Below, piece after piece: positions 1 through 13,962 of a stretch of DNA of 64,000 bases. Made by a program: the position numbers and the translations under genes. Each line of letters opens with the position of its first letter. Position 1 is the stretch's first letter. The notes beneath the pieces were generated by a model, which ran no database searches, was not told the origin of the DNA, and was given only the letters and a program-made list of their open reading frames with translations. Source of the DNA: Phoronis australis (lineage: Eukaryota > Animalia > Phoronida); the NCBI GenBank assembly GCA_002633005.1, contig NMRA01000056.1, forward strand, positions 961,521-1,025,520, read 5' to 3'.

Positions 1-3000
1 TAAACTGAAGGTAAATATAATTCTTTATTTTCAATGAACGATTTGAAACTAATGCGCTCAAAATGTAATTCGCCGGCTGTAGGAAACTGGTGTTGTAGCA
101 ACAATTGTTAGCTCCGGTAGTTTGTAGCCTTCGATTATTCGAACATATTCTCTCGCGTCATCTTTTAGTAAAGTATATAACTACAGCAGAAGGACAAAAT
201 TGGAATGTGGAGAAACAGTCTCATCGTAACGTCCAAAACGCCCATCAATTTCTCATTTTTTTCCAACGACACACAAGTTCATCTATAGGCAAATTATTTG
301 ATTGCTTTAACAGCATTTTTTAAATCTATGCACTGCACATGAAAAATACACTGACGACGGGTAACTCCGCGTCGTCCTCAGCCCGATCAAAAAGTCGGTC
401 CGATTCACTGACACATGGGAAGACCTGTTCTTAACATACCTTTTCAGAAGCCCTACATAAGGTAGGCCAACAAAAAACATGAAAGTTCTCTGTGGCATGC
501 AGCAGAAGAAAGAAAACTTAGTTGCAGCATTTCGGTGACTATGGTATTTTAGTTTGAATAAAAGGTACCTTTAGTAAAAAAATGTGTTAACTTTACTAAA
601 ACGTCTGGAAAAAGGCCGGTGTTATGTCCGCAAAAACGAAAATTTTGATTTAGGTCACTGACCGCAATGAAAATGTTCTCGAGTTATTCCTTATTCAGAC
701 GAGTCGGAGAAGTGATTTCTGGATTTGCAAAGAACTAGTGACATTCATTCATTCCATGCTCGCTGTGAGGCGCTAACGGTCTCGAAGCCATGAAATCATC
801 TCCAAGTTGACTAACGTCCTAACAATAACGGCGATCTAATGTAAAGACGGTTTAACGCTTCCAGAGTACCGATTTTACTTCCAGTCTCTCAATTAAATAA
901 AATTTTGTTTCTCTAGAGCAGCGATGGCCTTTTGTTGCTGTTAAGACATGTCTCTTCAATTTATTTGCCTGCCAGCTCAAATTAACCGAGTCCGGGAATG
1001 AATTCAGTTCACTCAGTTCTCGGGGTTTTCAGTTAATGGTTTTCCAAGAATTTTCATACCGACGAGTATAAACAAAACATCGGAGTTTACCTTAAGTTCG
1101 GAGGATGAGGGAAAAGTTTGCAATTTTTTTTGTTTTCCAATCGTAAAAGGGGACTATCCGTGTGAAGAAATGTGTGGAATTAGCGACTGGTAGTACTAAT
1201 ATTCATAAAAATGAAAAGCCTAGCTTTTGAAGAACACAAACACGACAGGAAACCACTTTCATATTGCATCGAGACAAAGCGTAAGTTCGTAACGCGTACT
1301 ATCAGTTCAGCAAACTTTGCATGGTCCCGGGGACTCATGGTATCCGCAGATGGCACCAAAATTGCGCGGGATAGGCGGTCTTTTTCAGCAAGTTTTGCGG
1401 GACCCGTGCGGGGTCCAATGGACTCTAAATTTCCATTTCGTTCCCACAAAAGGCCCATTGCATTGGTCTCAGCTCCGCAGAAAAGGCCCACTGGCCGTCT
1501 TCCTACCCGCGCAATATTGCATCAGTATTGATTCTCGAGCTAGCTTTCGCAATAGGGGTCTTTCACCAATTTCTGGTACACGCTTGCGGGCACCTTGTCA
1601 ATATGAGTGACACCCCGAGGCATGACTCTAAACTTTGCTCAAACGTTCGAGAGTCGACCAAGTTCCTATCCTCTACACTTTACATGTTGTTGAAACGTTA
1701 CCCTCTCGAAAAATGGGAGTAAAAAACAGCATGCCTTGCTTTAAAATCAACTAAAACTGAGACGTTCAAATAAGCAGCCCAACTTACGAGTCTTGAAGCG
1801 CTGGTCAGGGCAGGACAGTCCCGAAAGAATGTTCAGATAGCTTGCATATAGGGAGCGTGCATCTCATCTGTCAGGGTGCGACAGTGCAGCTGCTAAAATC
1901 CTCCTTTTTCACCGTGAGGTTTGATACCTTTCAAATTCCCTAAATAAGCATTTTGAAGAAGCCTGGAAAGACTGACTAAGAAAGCCGTGGCTGCAAAATC
2001 AAGCTTCCAACAAATGAAACCCCTTGGTGTGCCCTCTAAAGATGGGATTGAATTTTATCCATCATCTAAAAGGAATGTGGTCGAGTAACCCCTCCCGCCT
2101 TGGTCGGGTAAGCATACATTTCGAAGCCTTGGACACCTCCACTTGCTTATCCCCAGGGTTTATGTTCCGGCCGAGGTGAAATGGATTTTCTTTTACTGGG
2201 GAATACGAAATTCTACTCCCTATTTATGTTTCAATTTTTAAAGTGATCTATCAACGGTTAATATCTTTTCATCACATTAACTAAAATGTAGCCTCATTTA
2301 CATCAGCGGATTTTGCCAAAAGATCCTTGGAAATTTAGCTTCGCTCTATTGCTTTTTTAGATGAGACAAAAATACTGGTAATGCCATGATATGCTCGCTA
2401 AACGGCTGCATTGTACTAATGCCGGTTTCCGCTGTTTACTTCGAAGCCACCGACATTTCCAGTTCTGAGAGGACCGTCAATATGCCTGAGGACAACTAAC
2501 CAAAATCTCACCAATTAAATTAAAAACAGTGAGGAGGGCAGGTGACATTTTATTTTAGTCTTATTTTTTTCATACAAGAGAGCATAATTTTTTTCTATGT
2601 CATTAAGGCGTTTCTCGTTGATCCCAACTTGTTCGATTCTACAGCCCAACAACAACTTGGGAAGCTGACCCCTGTAGTCAATATCCTATATAGCTGGTTA
2701 ACTCTACTCTTGCATTTGTGGTTGGAGGGCAGTCTCTTGTTCGATAATTGCTCCAATAACAAGGTCGTATCTACGCCTGACTGGGCTGTGCTGTTGAAAT
2801 AAAAGTTAAGTTATAACATATTTGACGATAAACCAAAAGCATTTCTGAATTTCTTGTCAAATGCTGATCATTTTTAGTTTTTGAATCGCGGAAATCGCCC
2901 AACTACAATCGAAGTTACGACAGTCTATTCTTTCCGAAAATACCAATTCGCTCTGGGTCTGTCATGTTCACACATCGCCATACCAGACAAAAGACTGTGC

Positions 3001-3104
3001 TTGGCAGTTAACAAAGGAGCTAGATGTTATCACATGCTTACAACCCTCTACCTCTGGTAAAGTCACTGAACGGGAGAACGCCGTTATGTCAAGTTCTGTA
3101 GCAT

Positions 3105-3270
3105 AGGCGGATTTAGGGGGGGCAAGGCCCCCCCCTTGGCTGCCGCAAAAAAATAAAACAGCAAGAGCGTAGGGAAATGTTGAGTTTATTAATTAACCCC
3201 GGTAATTAAAATTATACGGATGAAACAAGATTTAAATGTGTGCACTTTTAGTGTTGGGGGGGCTCAAACC
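3105..3270 (+). mobile_element. Truncated copy of the 37795 TIR element
   Basis: ggcggatttagggggg...aaaataaaacagcaagagcgtagggaaatgttgagtttatt...gatttaaatgtgtgca matches 37799-37960. Confidence 0.65.
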
Positions 3271-3706
3271 CCAGATTACCTGATTGGCTTTGCAGTGGGG
3301 TCTTTTCTGGTAGATATATAGCATGTTGTCTCTGACCTCTGTTGAAGATACAGCTCATGACAGAACTAAGCAGACAAAATGACAACAGCAAAAATGACTG
3401 ATCATAACTATTAGGGCAATGACATTCTAATTTCTGAATGGATTAGCCACCTTATCACCATTCTTGTACATTCTCCATCATTCTCAGTCATGAGAGAAGG
3501 CTACTCTGACTATAAATTCGCCAAGCCGTTATAACACGAAAATTCTGCATCATTTTGTCTCAATACTTTTGGCGTCTACTGTATGCAGCTTGTCTGTTGA
3601 GTGACATCTTCTGGAATGCATGCAAGGACTAACGGCATGCCAAGGCGCCATCTGTGGACATTTTGTCACATGAGGATAGCCTCTTCAGTGTATTCCCCTG
3701 AAGTGA

Positions 3707-6700
3707 TCACGGATCACCAGTCTGTTCTGACACAAGTTTCAGTCCCACTTGTCTCTGCTCTTCAGTACAGTAGTCCTGAAATTTTACAACAAAACGAAAA
3801 AGAAGATTAATAAACTTCTACAACTTCCCTTTCTATGGACCATCATGTGATCATGGGCGAGCCCAGCCTGGTGAATTTAAAGAGACATTTTCATCTTTAC
3901 AACAGAAAAATGCATTTTTGGGATTATCGTTGGATATGATAAGACTTCTTGAAGTTATTAGCCTTCATCAGAACTATAAAAGAATAAAATCGGTTGTGTT
4001 TTTGTGAATTTATTACAAATTGTCAATTCTCGCCGTTGCCTGCCAGACATTTGCTGAAATCAAGGCAGTGACTACCAGTTAATACGCTTAAAATATTCTC
4101 CAATTGATCCAGTCGGATTTAGCTCTCCTTTCAAAGCTTTCGACTGCAACCACAAAGGCTCCAGGTTCAAATCCGTGCTGGGGATGATCCCAGAAACCAA
4201 ATTCTCGCCAATAACGTCACATTAAGCTCATTTTCCCAAGAGAAGCTCCACTAATGGAAGTTAAGTGATGTGCAGCAATGGACTGCTCGACCAAAGCTAG
4301 ACACCACTCGCAGGTAAAGGAGATGAAATATCAAACATTGAGGACTACAGAGGACTAGGAAAACAATTGCATGGCTGTGCCTCCATACTCTAGCTACGAC
4401 TCCCAAAACTCCAAACACGCACCGACAAAAACTAAACCTGGTGAACAAACTCCATAACTGGGGCCTAACTTCAGTTTCGCACCCATGGTCTGGAGTTTGG
4501 TCCCGGGCATGAGTAATTTCGGTGTGCGTGGGGAATTTAGGTGCAGGGTACAGAAGTTGAATAACTTGTTTGGTGTTTGCTGGTCCAGGATTGGGGCTTA
4601 GGGGATTGTTACTAGAATTTAGAAGCGTAGCTATTTAATCGCTTCCAACCTTTGAAACTTAATGCTTCGCTGTTTTAAGTTTTTTCATAGGTGCTGTCAT
4701 ATACAATGTTTTGAACAGTTGTAGAAATTCACAACAACTTAAGAATCTCTTAAAAAGATAGGGAATTTTTTGGTTTGAAATTTGTGAGATTTTCAACAGT
4801 GGCTCATGTGCTAAGCACACTTGGTACACAGCCTTCCATACATTCGAAGGATCTATAACAAGTAATTTCTATAACAGGTAATTTACTTTACCTGCAGGAA
4901 CACCTGAGCCAAGTTACTCAGCCGTGGGTTGGAAGACATGGCGAATCTCGTCATACACTCTACGATTGAAGGATTGGTGATGTCTGAAACGGCAATTATC
5001 ACACAGTGACTATACAGACAAGAAAATTTGCCACAAAATACAAAATGCAATATGGCTCAGTGGTACAGCATCTGACTGGCTACCATTGGCTACCACTGAG
5101 TTTTTAGATTCCTAGAACACAGTGCCTGACAATGGAGACAGGAATATTTCTCCTCAGTTCAGTTTTAAGTTAATGTGTGTGGGGGGTGGTGCGTGGGTGT
5201 GTGGGTGTGCATGTGTGTGTTTGTGNGAGCAGGGTTCCATGAGGGACCTACACAGGGTGAAAACTCAAGCCAAAACGCAATTAAACTTGTGAACTGAATT
5301 ACAAGTTTTAATTATCCCATTCCCTGCCAACACAATAGAGAGCCAGCTGGCTGGGCTGCCAATAGTCAACAGGTACACAGGTTCATAACATAATGAGGTG
5401 TCATTGAAAGATTACGTGGGTGACCAAACAGCCCAAGCAGCTGAATTGAATTCGGTGGGCTACTGTGATAACAATAGCAAACCTCCACCATTGGATGATC
5501 ATCATCCCACAGTCAATTTTACTTGTAGTGGCTTCCTCAATGCTAAATTCACAACATAACTTCAAAGCCTCGAGACCGTCAAAGAGAGCGATCAACATTG
5601 GACCATACAGTGACTAAAGAAGGAGGCGAGAAATGCGACCATGTTGTGTAAGTAACACTAAAATCTCACCAATTTCAGACAAAATGGCCGCCGAACTTGA
5701 CGCTTTTCAGTTTTTCGTTGACTTTTAACATCGCTGTGGTGCTCAGTTTCTCAAAACATTCTCTGATGGAAGGTATGGCATATAATTTGAAATGATACAC
5801 CACCTGTTTCGCGTTACTTATATCTTTTATCAAAAATGATAAAACCAAATTCACTTGTTGGCCAAATTGTGACTAAATTGGTGAAATTTTATCATATCAG
5901 CAAAATTTGCATTCAGCTAACTTATGCCTACTACTGTGATTTGAAGCCTTCAGCTTCGAATACCAGTAGATCTGATGTCAAATTTATACCACCCAAAAAT
6001 GTTCAAATGCCTCCCTCAAATGTGGTTCTCACAATCTACGTATACTGACAACATTTACAGCAATTCTAAAGAAGAGGTAAAAATAATCAAATTTTGTAAA
6101 GCTTCAAGTAAATGACACTTGTACAGCACAAACTAAGCTGTGAAGTAAACTTTTAACACTTCATTACTTACAAAGCTCATTTTGCACAGCTGTCATCAAC
6201 AAACTAACACAGAGTGATGTGAAAATTAGCCACTTTTAACGAAGCACTGAATTTTTGAAAAATCAAAAAGGACAATCACGACAATTATTTTTGTTCGACT
6301 TAGACGGAGCCTTGCCATAATGTTTACATGCTTCCAGTTCACAGAACTGAACTTACCAGGTTTAGACTGTGGTGTGACAAGGAACATAAGGGTTGTGACA
6401 GCACACAGAACAGTCTCTTCATTGGTGCTGCAACAGTAGGGGGACAATGAATAGTACAGCTATTGGTCAGTGGTTATTTAAAACTCCACCTTCTTTCCAC
6501 ACATGGCATCAATGGGTGGGGCAGACAGAGTTGCCGACCTATGTAGTTACATAAAAAATGACATGGTGGCATACAGAGGGAAGTGCTTTGCCTGGAAGTG
6601 AACTACTATTCATAAACATAAACAGATGAGATTTAGCAATAACTACAGTCTCATAATTGGGGCACCACATTTGGAAAAAGTGGGCAAAAGGTCCACCTTT

Positions 6701-9700
6701 GAGAAACAAAAACATCGAGAAAAGTAGACTACGAGACAAAAGTCCACTAAAAAGGCAGGAACACCTAAAATTCAGCGAATACACAATTCATAGCTCTGAA
6801 CATCACCCTTGAATCCTAGTAAAAGGTCCACATTCTCAAAAATTTGAGCCCCCCCCCCAATTTTTTAAGCTGGGTGCGCGCAAGTTGTGGTAGCTAGAGT
6901 ATTCATGTGACCAAAGGAGGATGGAATAATTTCAAAGTAAATAATTTTTCTGGTAATGAACTAAAGCACAATAATAGCAAGCTTACACTGTACCTTGACA
7001 GACACCCAGTCACAAGGCTGACCCCATTGTGCTTCAAGACGTATTCCTTAATTTTCTTGTCTAGAAAGAAAAAGCACCCATGAATACTAACTGAAATGTG
7101 ACCTACAAAGATACAGTAAGTTGGCCTATAGTGTCAAAGTGCAAAGTTTTGCAATAAGCAGAACTTGCTAAATACATTGACTTGAGCTATCCGTTTATAT
7201 CCGTCTGAGTATAAGGCACCACCAGTGTTCAAATGTGGCTGTATTTTCGTGTATCGCTGCAATCTTAGCCATCGTTCAAGTGTATCTTACTCTTTGGAGG
7301 AAAAGTGGTTTGAGCAAGTGTCAGCTAAAGCAAGGAATAGACAGCTCTGTTGTGTATTGAACAAATTGTCCAATAATTAGAGTGAATGCACATTACGACT
7401 GAATTCACTCTCATAAGCAATTATTGATACAGTATAATCTAATCAACTTACAACATGACGTGGTTGACACCTGAAATTTTATTTTAATTTTTCATTTTTT
7501 AATCAAATATAACTTATACCACATAACTGCTTTAGCAAACTTTAAAATCTGTAGGAATGTTTAGCATGTCATCATTTTGAAGTCATTATGACATTTTGGA
7601 CCCAGTGTGACGGCATGTCTATGCTTATTTACGGGTCCAAAGTGCATCATCTACTGCTATGACACGTCATAACTAAACATCTGAAGACCATAGCTACAAG
7701 CTGACAATGATGCTAAGAAACTGTGGCCATTCACCAAAATGTTTGAAGCCTTCGAAGAATGAAACAGAACAATTCTTGCAATTACCATGATACTCAGTTT
7801 TGGGTGAACAAATGTTTTTTGACATCCAATAAACCATCACAAAAAGGAGACAGCGTACCAAGCCTGACACAACAGCTGTAAAAAACACAGTTTATCTTCT
7901 TCACACATGCACTTCAATGTGTTCACAGAAGACTCGAACTGTTTCACACCAAAAAGTAGACAATACGGAATTCTACAACGGTGAAGTTTCACCAGATTCG
8001 GACAAGAATAATTGCCAAAACTGCACTAGTTTCAAGTGGTTCTAGCATCCTTGAGTGCACACACAATTTTTTCAAAATATTTTCTGTCATTGCTACGGCA
8101 CAGAACTTTGATACATAACTAAGGGCTGTTCCAGCAAAATCTGTATGGGAGGAGGGGAAGGCACTTTTATTTCGTACCCACCGCCCATATTTTTCATTTA
8201 TTTCTCCAACCCATGACCCATAATTTTTTAATTATTTTTAATAGGTTAAAATATAAAATCCAACACTTGCAAACAAATTGCCTCCAGGAGGACCTGTGAA
8301 GAACTTGGATGATTGACAGACAAGAACTAGTTGTCTTGTCCAATATTGTCAAAAACTAAAGTAGCTGTTCGCAATACTTTTGGCAGCCACCAGGTGTCTC
8401 TGTTCACCATGTGTCTATAATTTCAATGAACATTTTCTATGAATCTCAAACTGTCTCCACGAACTCTTTTATACTTCTATGTCAAGTGAATATTGGAACT
8501 TGTTTATCTTACTCCTCATACTTTTTATTTAAAAATCATCAATCAATTTTCTTATATGTGTTAACACCAGTTTAGTGTTGCATAACTTTTCAATTCAATA
8601 CCACTGCAGACAAACAGTTGGCTCAAATCAAGTTGCCCATGACTTGATTAATGGCTTAGTGGACATATTGCACTCTGTTCACTGGCAATATGGGCCTTTT
8701 TGTATTGGGATAAGTTAGGATATATGGCTGAAGTAACCAACCTCTCAACATTAACAGGTCAAAAACACCACCCATTTTTAATGCATCACTTCTTACAGGA
8801 ACGACCACCCATAATTTGAGTTTTTTTTCTGAAGACCACCACCCATGAATTTTTATTTCTACTGCCGTCCCCCCCCCTCCCACACGGATTTTACTGGAAC
8901 AAGCCCTAAGCATCATTTTGGTTGTAAATTAAAATTTAAATTAAATAATAGTACATTAAAATATTGTAATATGATAAAATAATATTAACAAATTTTAATT
9001 AAATAAAAAAGATATTACAATATTTCAATGTTATATGTTGCTATCAGTAAGTTGGTGAGATTTTATAGACATTTACACAAATTAAGACCGAACTGAGGAG
9101 CTAAGGACAAGATTCACGGATCTAGCAGCAGGGTCCAGTGGGATTTGAACCTCTGACCTTGTAAACAAGCAAACACTCAAGCCACTAGGCCAGACACTGC
9201 CTCCTCCAATAGAATATTATCAGTTTTATTAGTTCTTTAAAATGATACAAACCTAAGCAACAATTATTCACACCGCTAATGGCAAACTGGACAACATCTT
9301 CATCTGCTTCGTCCAGGCAATCTGAAAAGACAGTTGAAAATATTATTGAAATTATATTTCTATAATACTAAATCAGCTGAGTAACCAACTGCGCGTGTCA
9401 GTCAGTCGGTCAATCGGAGACTCTTTCCAGTCTCGATATCAGAAAATGCTGCACACAGAGTGCTAATATTCACAAATGTTGTAGATGTCCATGACATCTC
9501 AAACGAGTTATTTTTTAAACCAAACAGCAAGTCCTATGTACCTTATTTGCCAGAAAAGAAAATATATCAGATTTGACGCATACTGTGCCAAGTAGTGGAA
9601 TGTTAGAATATATTTGTTTTCAGGTATAAAATGCTATTATTGATTTTTATGCCAATAAACTGCTTACTATGGAATCAATTTCGATCAACGCTATTCATGT

Positions 9701-12111
9701 CCCTTTTGAAATACTAGTCATTATTCTTTGACCTCGCTGGAAGCTCTAAGACTAATTGCGCCCGACTAAACCATTAAAATCCCGGTGTTATTAATACCTT
9801 TCAAGGGTAGAGGGACACCATTGGAGGCCGTCAACGTTTTTAAATCCTCCAATTTCAAACAAGTACTCAGACAATCACAAATTCTTACCCGGTTGGTTCC
9901 TTCATACAATTACAAAATCGGTAGCCTACACTGCTCACACTATAGACTTTCGAGAAATCTGGTTACGTATGTCCACTTAGACGACATTGGTCACGTGCCA
10001 AGAATTGTACAACAACACTTGGATCACCTCCAAATTCAAATCTAGTAATTGGCCCAATTATGCTGCCCACATCAGCATCCAGAATGAGGTAATCGGTCCA
10101 ATTAAGCTGCACACATCATCATCCTGAGTGAGGTAATTGGCTCAATTATGCTGCACACATCAGCATCCTGAGTGAGGTAATTGGCCCAATTATGCTTCAC
10201 ACATCAGCATCCTGAGTGAGGTAATGTGAGCTACAACAGTATGATGTTTTTGATCAATGCCGGCAAATTTTGAGGTACGCAAACTGGTCGAGTTGCCCAA
10301 TCTCCATTGCAGATGGTGTCAACGTACGATTCCTACACTTGGGATCATGTTCGTGAGTTTCGACAGTCTGTCCACCATCCATTATGCCTATCACCTTATA
10401 AGTTTTTTGTACAGCTGCGAATCTGTCAAATTACTCACCCAAAAACAAATCAATTATGTTCAGCTTTCGAATATGATCGTAGTTAATAGGGTCATATGCA
10501 AAGTTTGCAAGGTTGGCAAGAACTTGTTTTTTGGCATCTGAAAAAAAAAACAAAAAAACACCATGACATTTATATTCAGTGTTTTTAAGCAATCATGATT
10601 ACTAGAGTCAATGGTTTAAAGTGGCTGTAAATCCAAAGAAGCAAACATTTGATTTCGACAATGCAATTAGTGTCATAAAATTAGTCTAAAAATGTTCCTT
10701 GCTCAGATCAGAAGTGATTTCTGAGTTGGCAAAGAACTGAGACCTTGTTATTCCAGGCGGGTGGGATCAAAATAGGAGCACGAGCAGTGTAAAAATAACC
10801 AGTTGCTGCTTTCGGCAACTCAATAAAGGACTGCTCGAAGAAAAAGTTTAATTACAGAAGTATGTATTCAAGTTGGATGGAAAATCAGGGATATTCCTAA
10901 ACAGGTCTGAACCTGTGCCCTTTGGGCTCACCTAATGATAAAAAGTGAGCCCTTCTTAAAAACGTTGTGCCCAGCGAACTTAGTGTAATTAAAGTGGTGA
11001 CACATAAAACAGAAATTCCAAGGGCAATCGAAATAAGAACAGAGTTATGTTCATGTCTATTCCTGACCAGGCTTGAACCTGTACCATTTGAGCACACCTG
11101 ATGTCTGATAAAGTGTGGCCCAGTGCAGCAATATCCCTGGGAAAACACACTGACGGACTCGTAAGTGACCCTCTATCCACAAAAGGTAAGTGACTCTGAT
11201 GTTTTAATCAGTGTGAGGCATAACTCGCCGAAAAGCTTCCGGCGCATGACGCTCCTATAGGAGTGTTGTGAAATGAGCTTCAGGTAAATAATGTATGAGC
11301 CACTTGATGACGGGCAATTGCCTACCAGCTGAATGGTTAAATCGGTTTGATTCTCGAGGTTGGGTAACCTCGGCTATAATGACAATTGGCATAGTCGGCA
11401 AACAGATGATATACGGATGAAGCATAACACTGAACCTCGGACCTCAGACAGCAGGCTTGATGGTGAGCCTAGACCAGGAGTTGAGGACCTTAATGCGAGA
11501 CAATGTTGGGGTTCATCTGTCAGGCGGCTATCCTGGTGAGGTAAAAATCCAAGAGTAAAATCTTGTGATGTTCTAGTAGAATTCTTTGTTCACCTGCCAG
11601 ATGGCGCACTTTTTCATAGAAAAGGGCAAATGTTGTGAAACGTGTTTGCGGTAAATCACTTATGAGCTTCTGTTAGCCACTCGCTAACGGGCAATTGCCT
11701 ATATAATAGTATTACTTATAATTAGCTGAATGGCTAACACGCTCGCAGGTTAAATGGGGATGACTGGTTCGATTACAGAGGTCGGGTAATCTCGGATATT
11801 ACGACAATTGGCGAAGACGGCAGCAGCTTCCACCGTTTTTACTGGGGTCAGTTAGAGGCGGTGGTCACTGCCTAGGGCTAGGCTAAGCCTTGCCCTAAGC
11901 CTAAGCGGTAAGCCTCGGCTCAAGTTCAACAACTAGAAACAATTTTGCGACTTTCTAACAATACAGAAGAACAGACAAATATTACAAAATCTGACAAAGA
12001 ACCTTCACTGTCAGTGTCCTGGAACTCTGTCACCAACGACCGCAAGTAACTGAAGCGGCCAATTCCATATGGACCGGTTTTTTTATCGAGATATTCTTTC
12101 GAGTTAAACAT
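3707..12111 (-). CDS. ARMC7: Armadillo repeat-containing protein 7 (191 aa, 7 coding exons)
   Basis: Exons 12111-12003, 10537-10439, 9321-9253, 7060-6994, 6427-6357, 4983-4892 and 3775-3707 are all GT-AG with consistent phases, total 576 nt. Spliced protein [92 protein letters not shown]...[17 protein letters not shown]... contains the ARMC7 hallmark LVTEFQ...[16 protein letters not shown]. Confidence 0.95.
8123..8906. mobile_element. PIF/Harbinger-type non-autonomous element (MITE) in ARMC7 intron 3
   Basis: taa|GGGCTGTTCCAGCAAAATCTGTATGGGAGG ... CCTCCCACACGGATTTTACTGGAACAAGCCC|taa gives about 40-bp TIRs and a TAA TSD. Confidence 0.8.
9085..9201 (-). mobile_element. tRNA-derived SINE
   Basis: On -, the A box tggcctagtgg and B box ggttcaaatcc are followed by cactggaccctgctgctaga. 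Related copies at 19856-19955 (+) and 41257-41314 (-). Confidence 0.6.
10045..10225 (+). repeat. Minisatellite, about 44-47-bp unit x4
   Basis: Unit gtaattggcccaattatgctgcacacatcagcatcctgagtgag. Confidence 0.85.
11264..11820 (+). repeat. Two diverged copies of a repeat with a tRNA-like (SINE) head in ARMC7 intron 1
   Basis: 11264-11400 and 11631-11820 share tgttgtgaaa...ggtaaat...cgggcaattgcct...agctgaatgg...gggtaa.ctcgg...gacaattggc. The second copy has B box ggttcgatt. Confidence 0.5.
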
Positions 12112-12230
12112 TTCCTTTAAGCTTTCCACCAAAGACGGTCTCCACAAGCACATAAAGCGACCTCTGGAGGCGAGTGTACCGGAAGTTCATTTGTGGTGGA
12201 AATTTTAAACAGGTCAGCAGCAGGTTTTAA
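12112..12230. promoter_or_regulatory. Putative bidirectional promoter ARMC7/CENPW with ETS motif
   Basis: Divergent gene arrangement. CCGGAAGT at 12179-12186, about 70 bp upstream of the ARMC7 ATG. Possible + strand donor aacag|gtcagc near 12212. Confidence 0.45.
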
Positions 12231-13962
12231 GGTTATGAAATTATTTGTTAATATTTTACTAATACTAATATGTGTGATCTGATTTATGTTAGTATTTATC
12301 AATATCAATGGAGTATGTGTAGAATTAGAAGTCTACATCAAAATTATAATCTCCAGTATTGGTCCAATTACGATTGATCACAGTGATGCAGATGTCGTAG
12401 ACCAAGTCTCGACTCTTTACTTTAGCTGGCCCCAGCAGAGACAGTGGTCTCCTTGTAGGAGCTTCATACGCCGGAAGCTTTTCGGCAAATTATGTCTCAC
12501 ACTGATTAAAACATCAAAGTCACGTTGTTATAAGTACCTTAGAGGTACACCTGTGGAGGCTATCGATGTCTTTACTAAAGAACTAAATACTTCAGTTCCA
12601 AATCAAACTTTTTCTTGGAGTAGGCCAGTCCTTTGTTCAGTTACTGGAATTGGCAACTGGCCATTTTTACATTGCGCACACTCCTATTTTTACTGTGCCC
12701 ACCAGGAGTGCATGCAGTATTGAAACTGGTTGGCAAATGATCCAAACTAAAGATTTTTGTTGACCAAGTTCTTTTGATGCCACACGGAGAATTAAAAGTT
12801 AAAAAGCTCATAAAAATGTAATCTAATTTAGAAAAGCTGTATTTGGCAGACCCATTCACTACAACACTGTGGCAAATGGTCAGATATCAATGTACATTGC
12901 AACTCGGTCTGAGGAATTTACTTGGTCTGCAAGGTGGGATTGTGTAAGCAGACCAAGATAACTTGGTGTGGAGGCTTAGGACACTGGTACAAATATGTGC
13001 TGGCACAAATTTATGCAAGGAATAATTAAGCGTATTTCACAATCATCAATGCTGTTCTTGGTTTATCTTTGCGTTAATTCTGAAAGTTTTTGAGCTGCTG
13101 ATTGATATCTGAAACCCCTCATGAATTTTGTTAGATTTTCTGTTTGGCTAATAAATAAATATATAAATTTGTAATCGACTTTACTTCTCCTAATTCTTTC
13201 TACTCCAAATCCAAAAATTAAACCTACAAAAGGTGTTGGAATTTAGTGTATGGTTGTTTTTTTGTGATTTGAAATGTTTTTAAGTCTTAACTGTTACAGG
13301 GCCCTAACTCACCTGAGAGGGAAGATGCCTGTACCTTTTTAAAGGGGAATTTTTGCTGCATTTTTTACTAGGAGGGGAATTTTGCTAACTAAGGGGGAAG
13401 TTTGTGTGAGGTTTATTTGCTGCATTGCTTCTTATGACAATGGTATATATGCAACAAGTTAAATTTATGATTGTTTAGAGGGGAATATTTTTGACTTAAT
13501 TAAGGGAATTTCACGTGATTTTTTAATATTTTTGATAGGAGATGGGGGTTGGTATTCGACCCCAGTATCGGGGACCCTGTTGTAAGATACAAGCTTCTCC
13601 AGCAGTGTTTTTATTGTGTGACACAGAAATGGCTTCAATGAGCTGGAGATGGCACATGTTGGTTGAAAAAAATGAGAAATTATTTACTGTGGTTTTATTA
13701 GTTATTTTTATGAAATCTGCACATCGGCAGAAAGAAGAATTTTTCCACCAGGATAGAATACTTCTGGACTTGTCAAGTACTAGAGTAGTCGCTCGTTAGC
13801 GTCGTATGGTCGATTATAGTACTACTATAATCGACCATACAACGCTAATGTAGTGGTCAAAAACTGGTACACTGACTGTGCAATATCTCATACTCGAGTG
13901 GATATGAACAGTGTCATTTTATTTGCATTTTGTGTTTAATCAGTTCTGTGACATATTTATGT

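Noticed and set aside
1180-2810. Overlapping ORFs at 1180-1720 and exon-like segments on - (about 1788-1867 and 2590-2790)
   Set aside because: No recognisable protein motifs and stops in plausible frames. They cannot be supported as coding.
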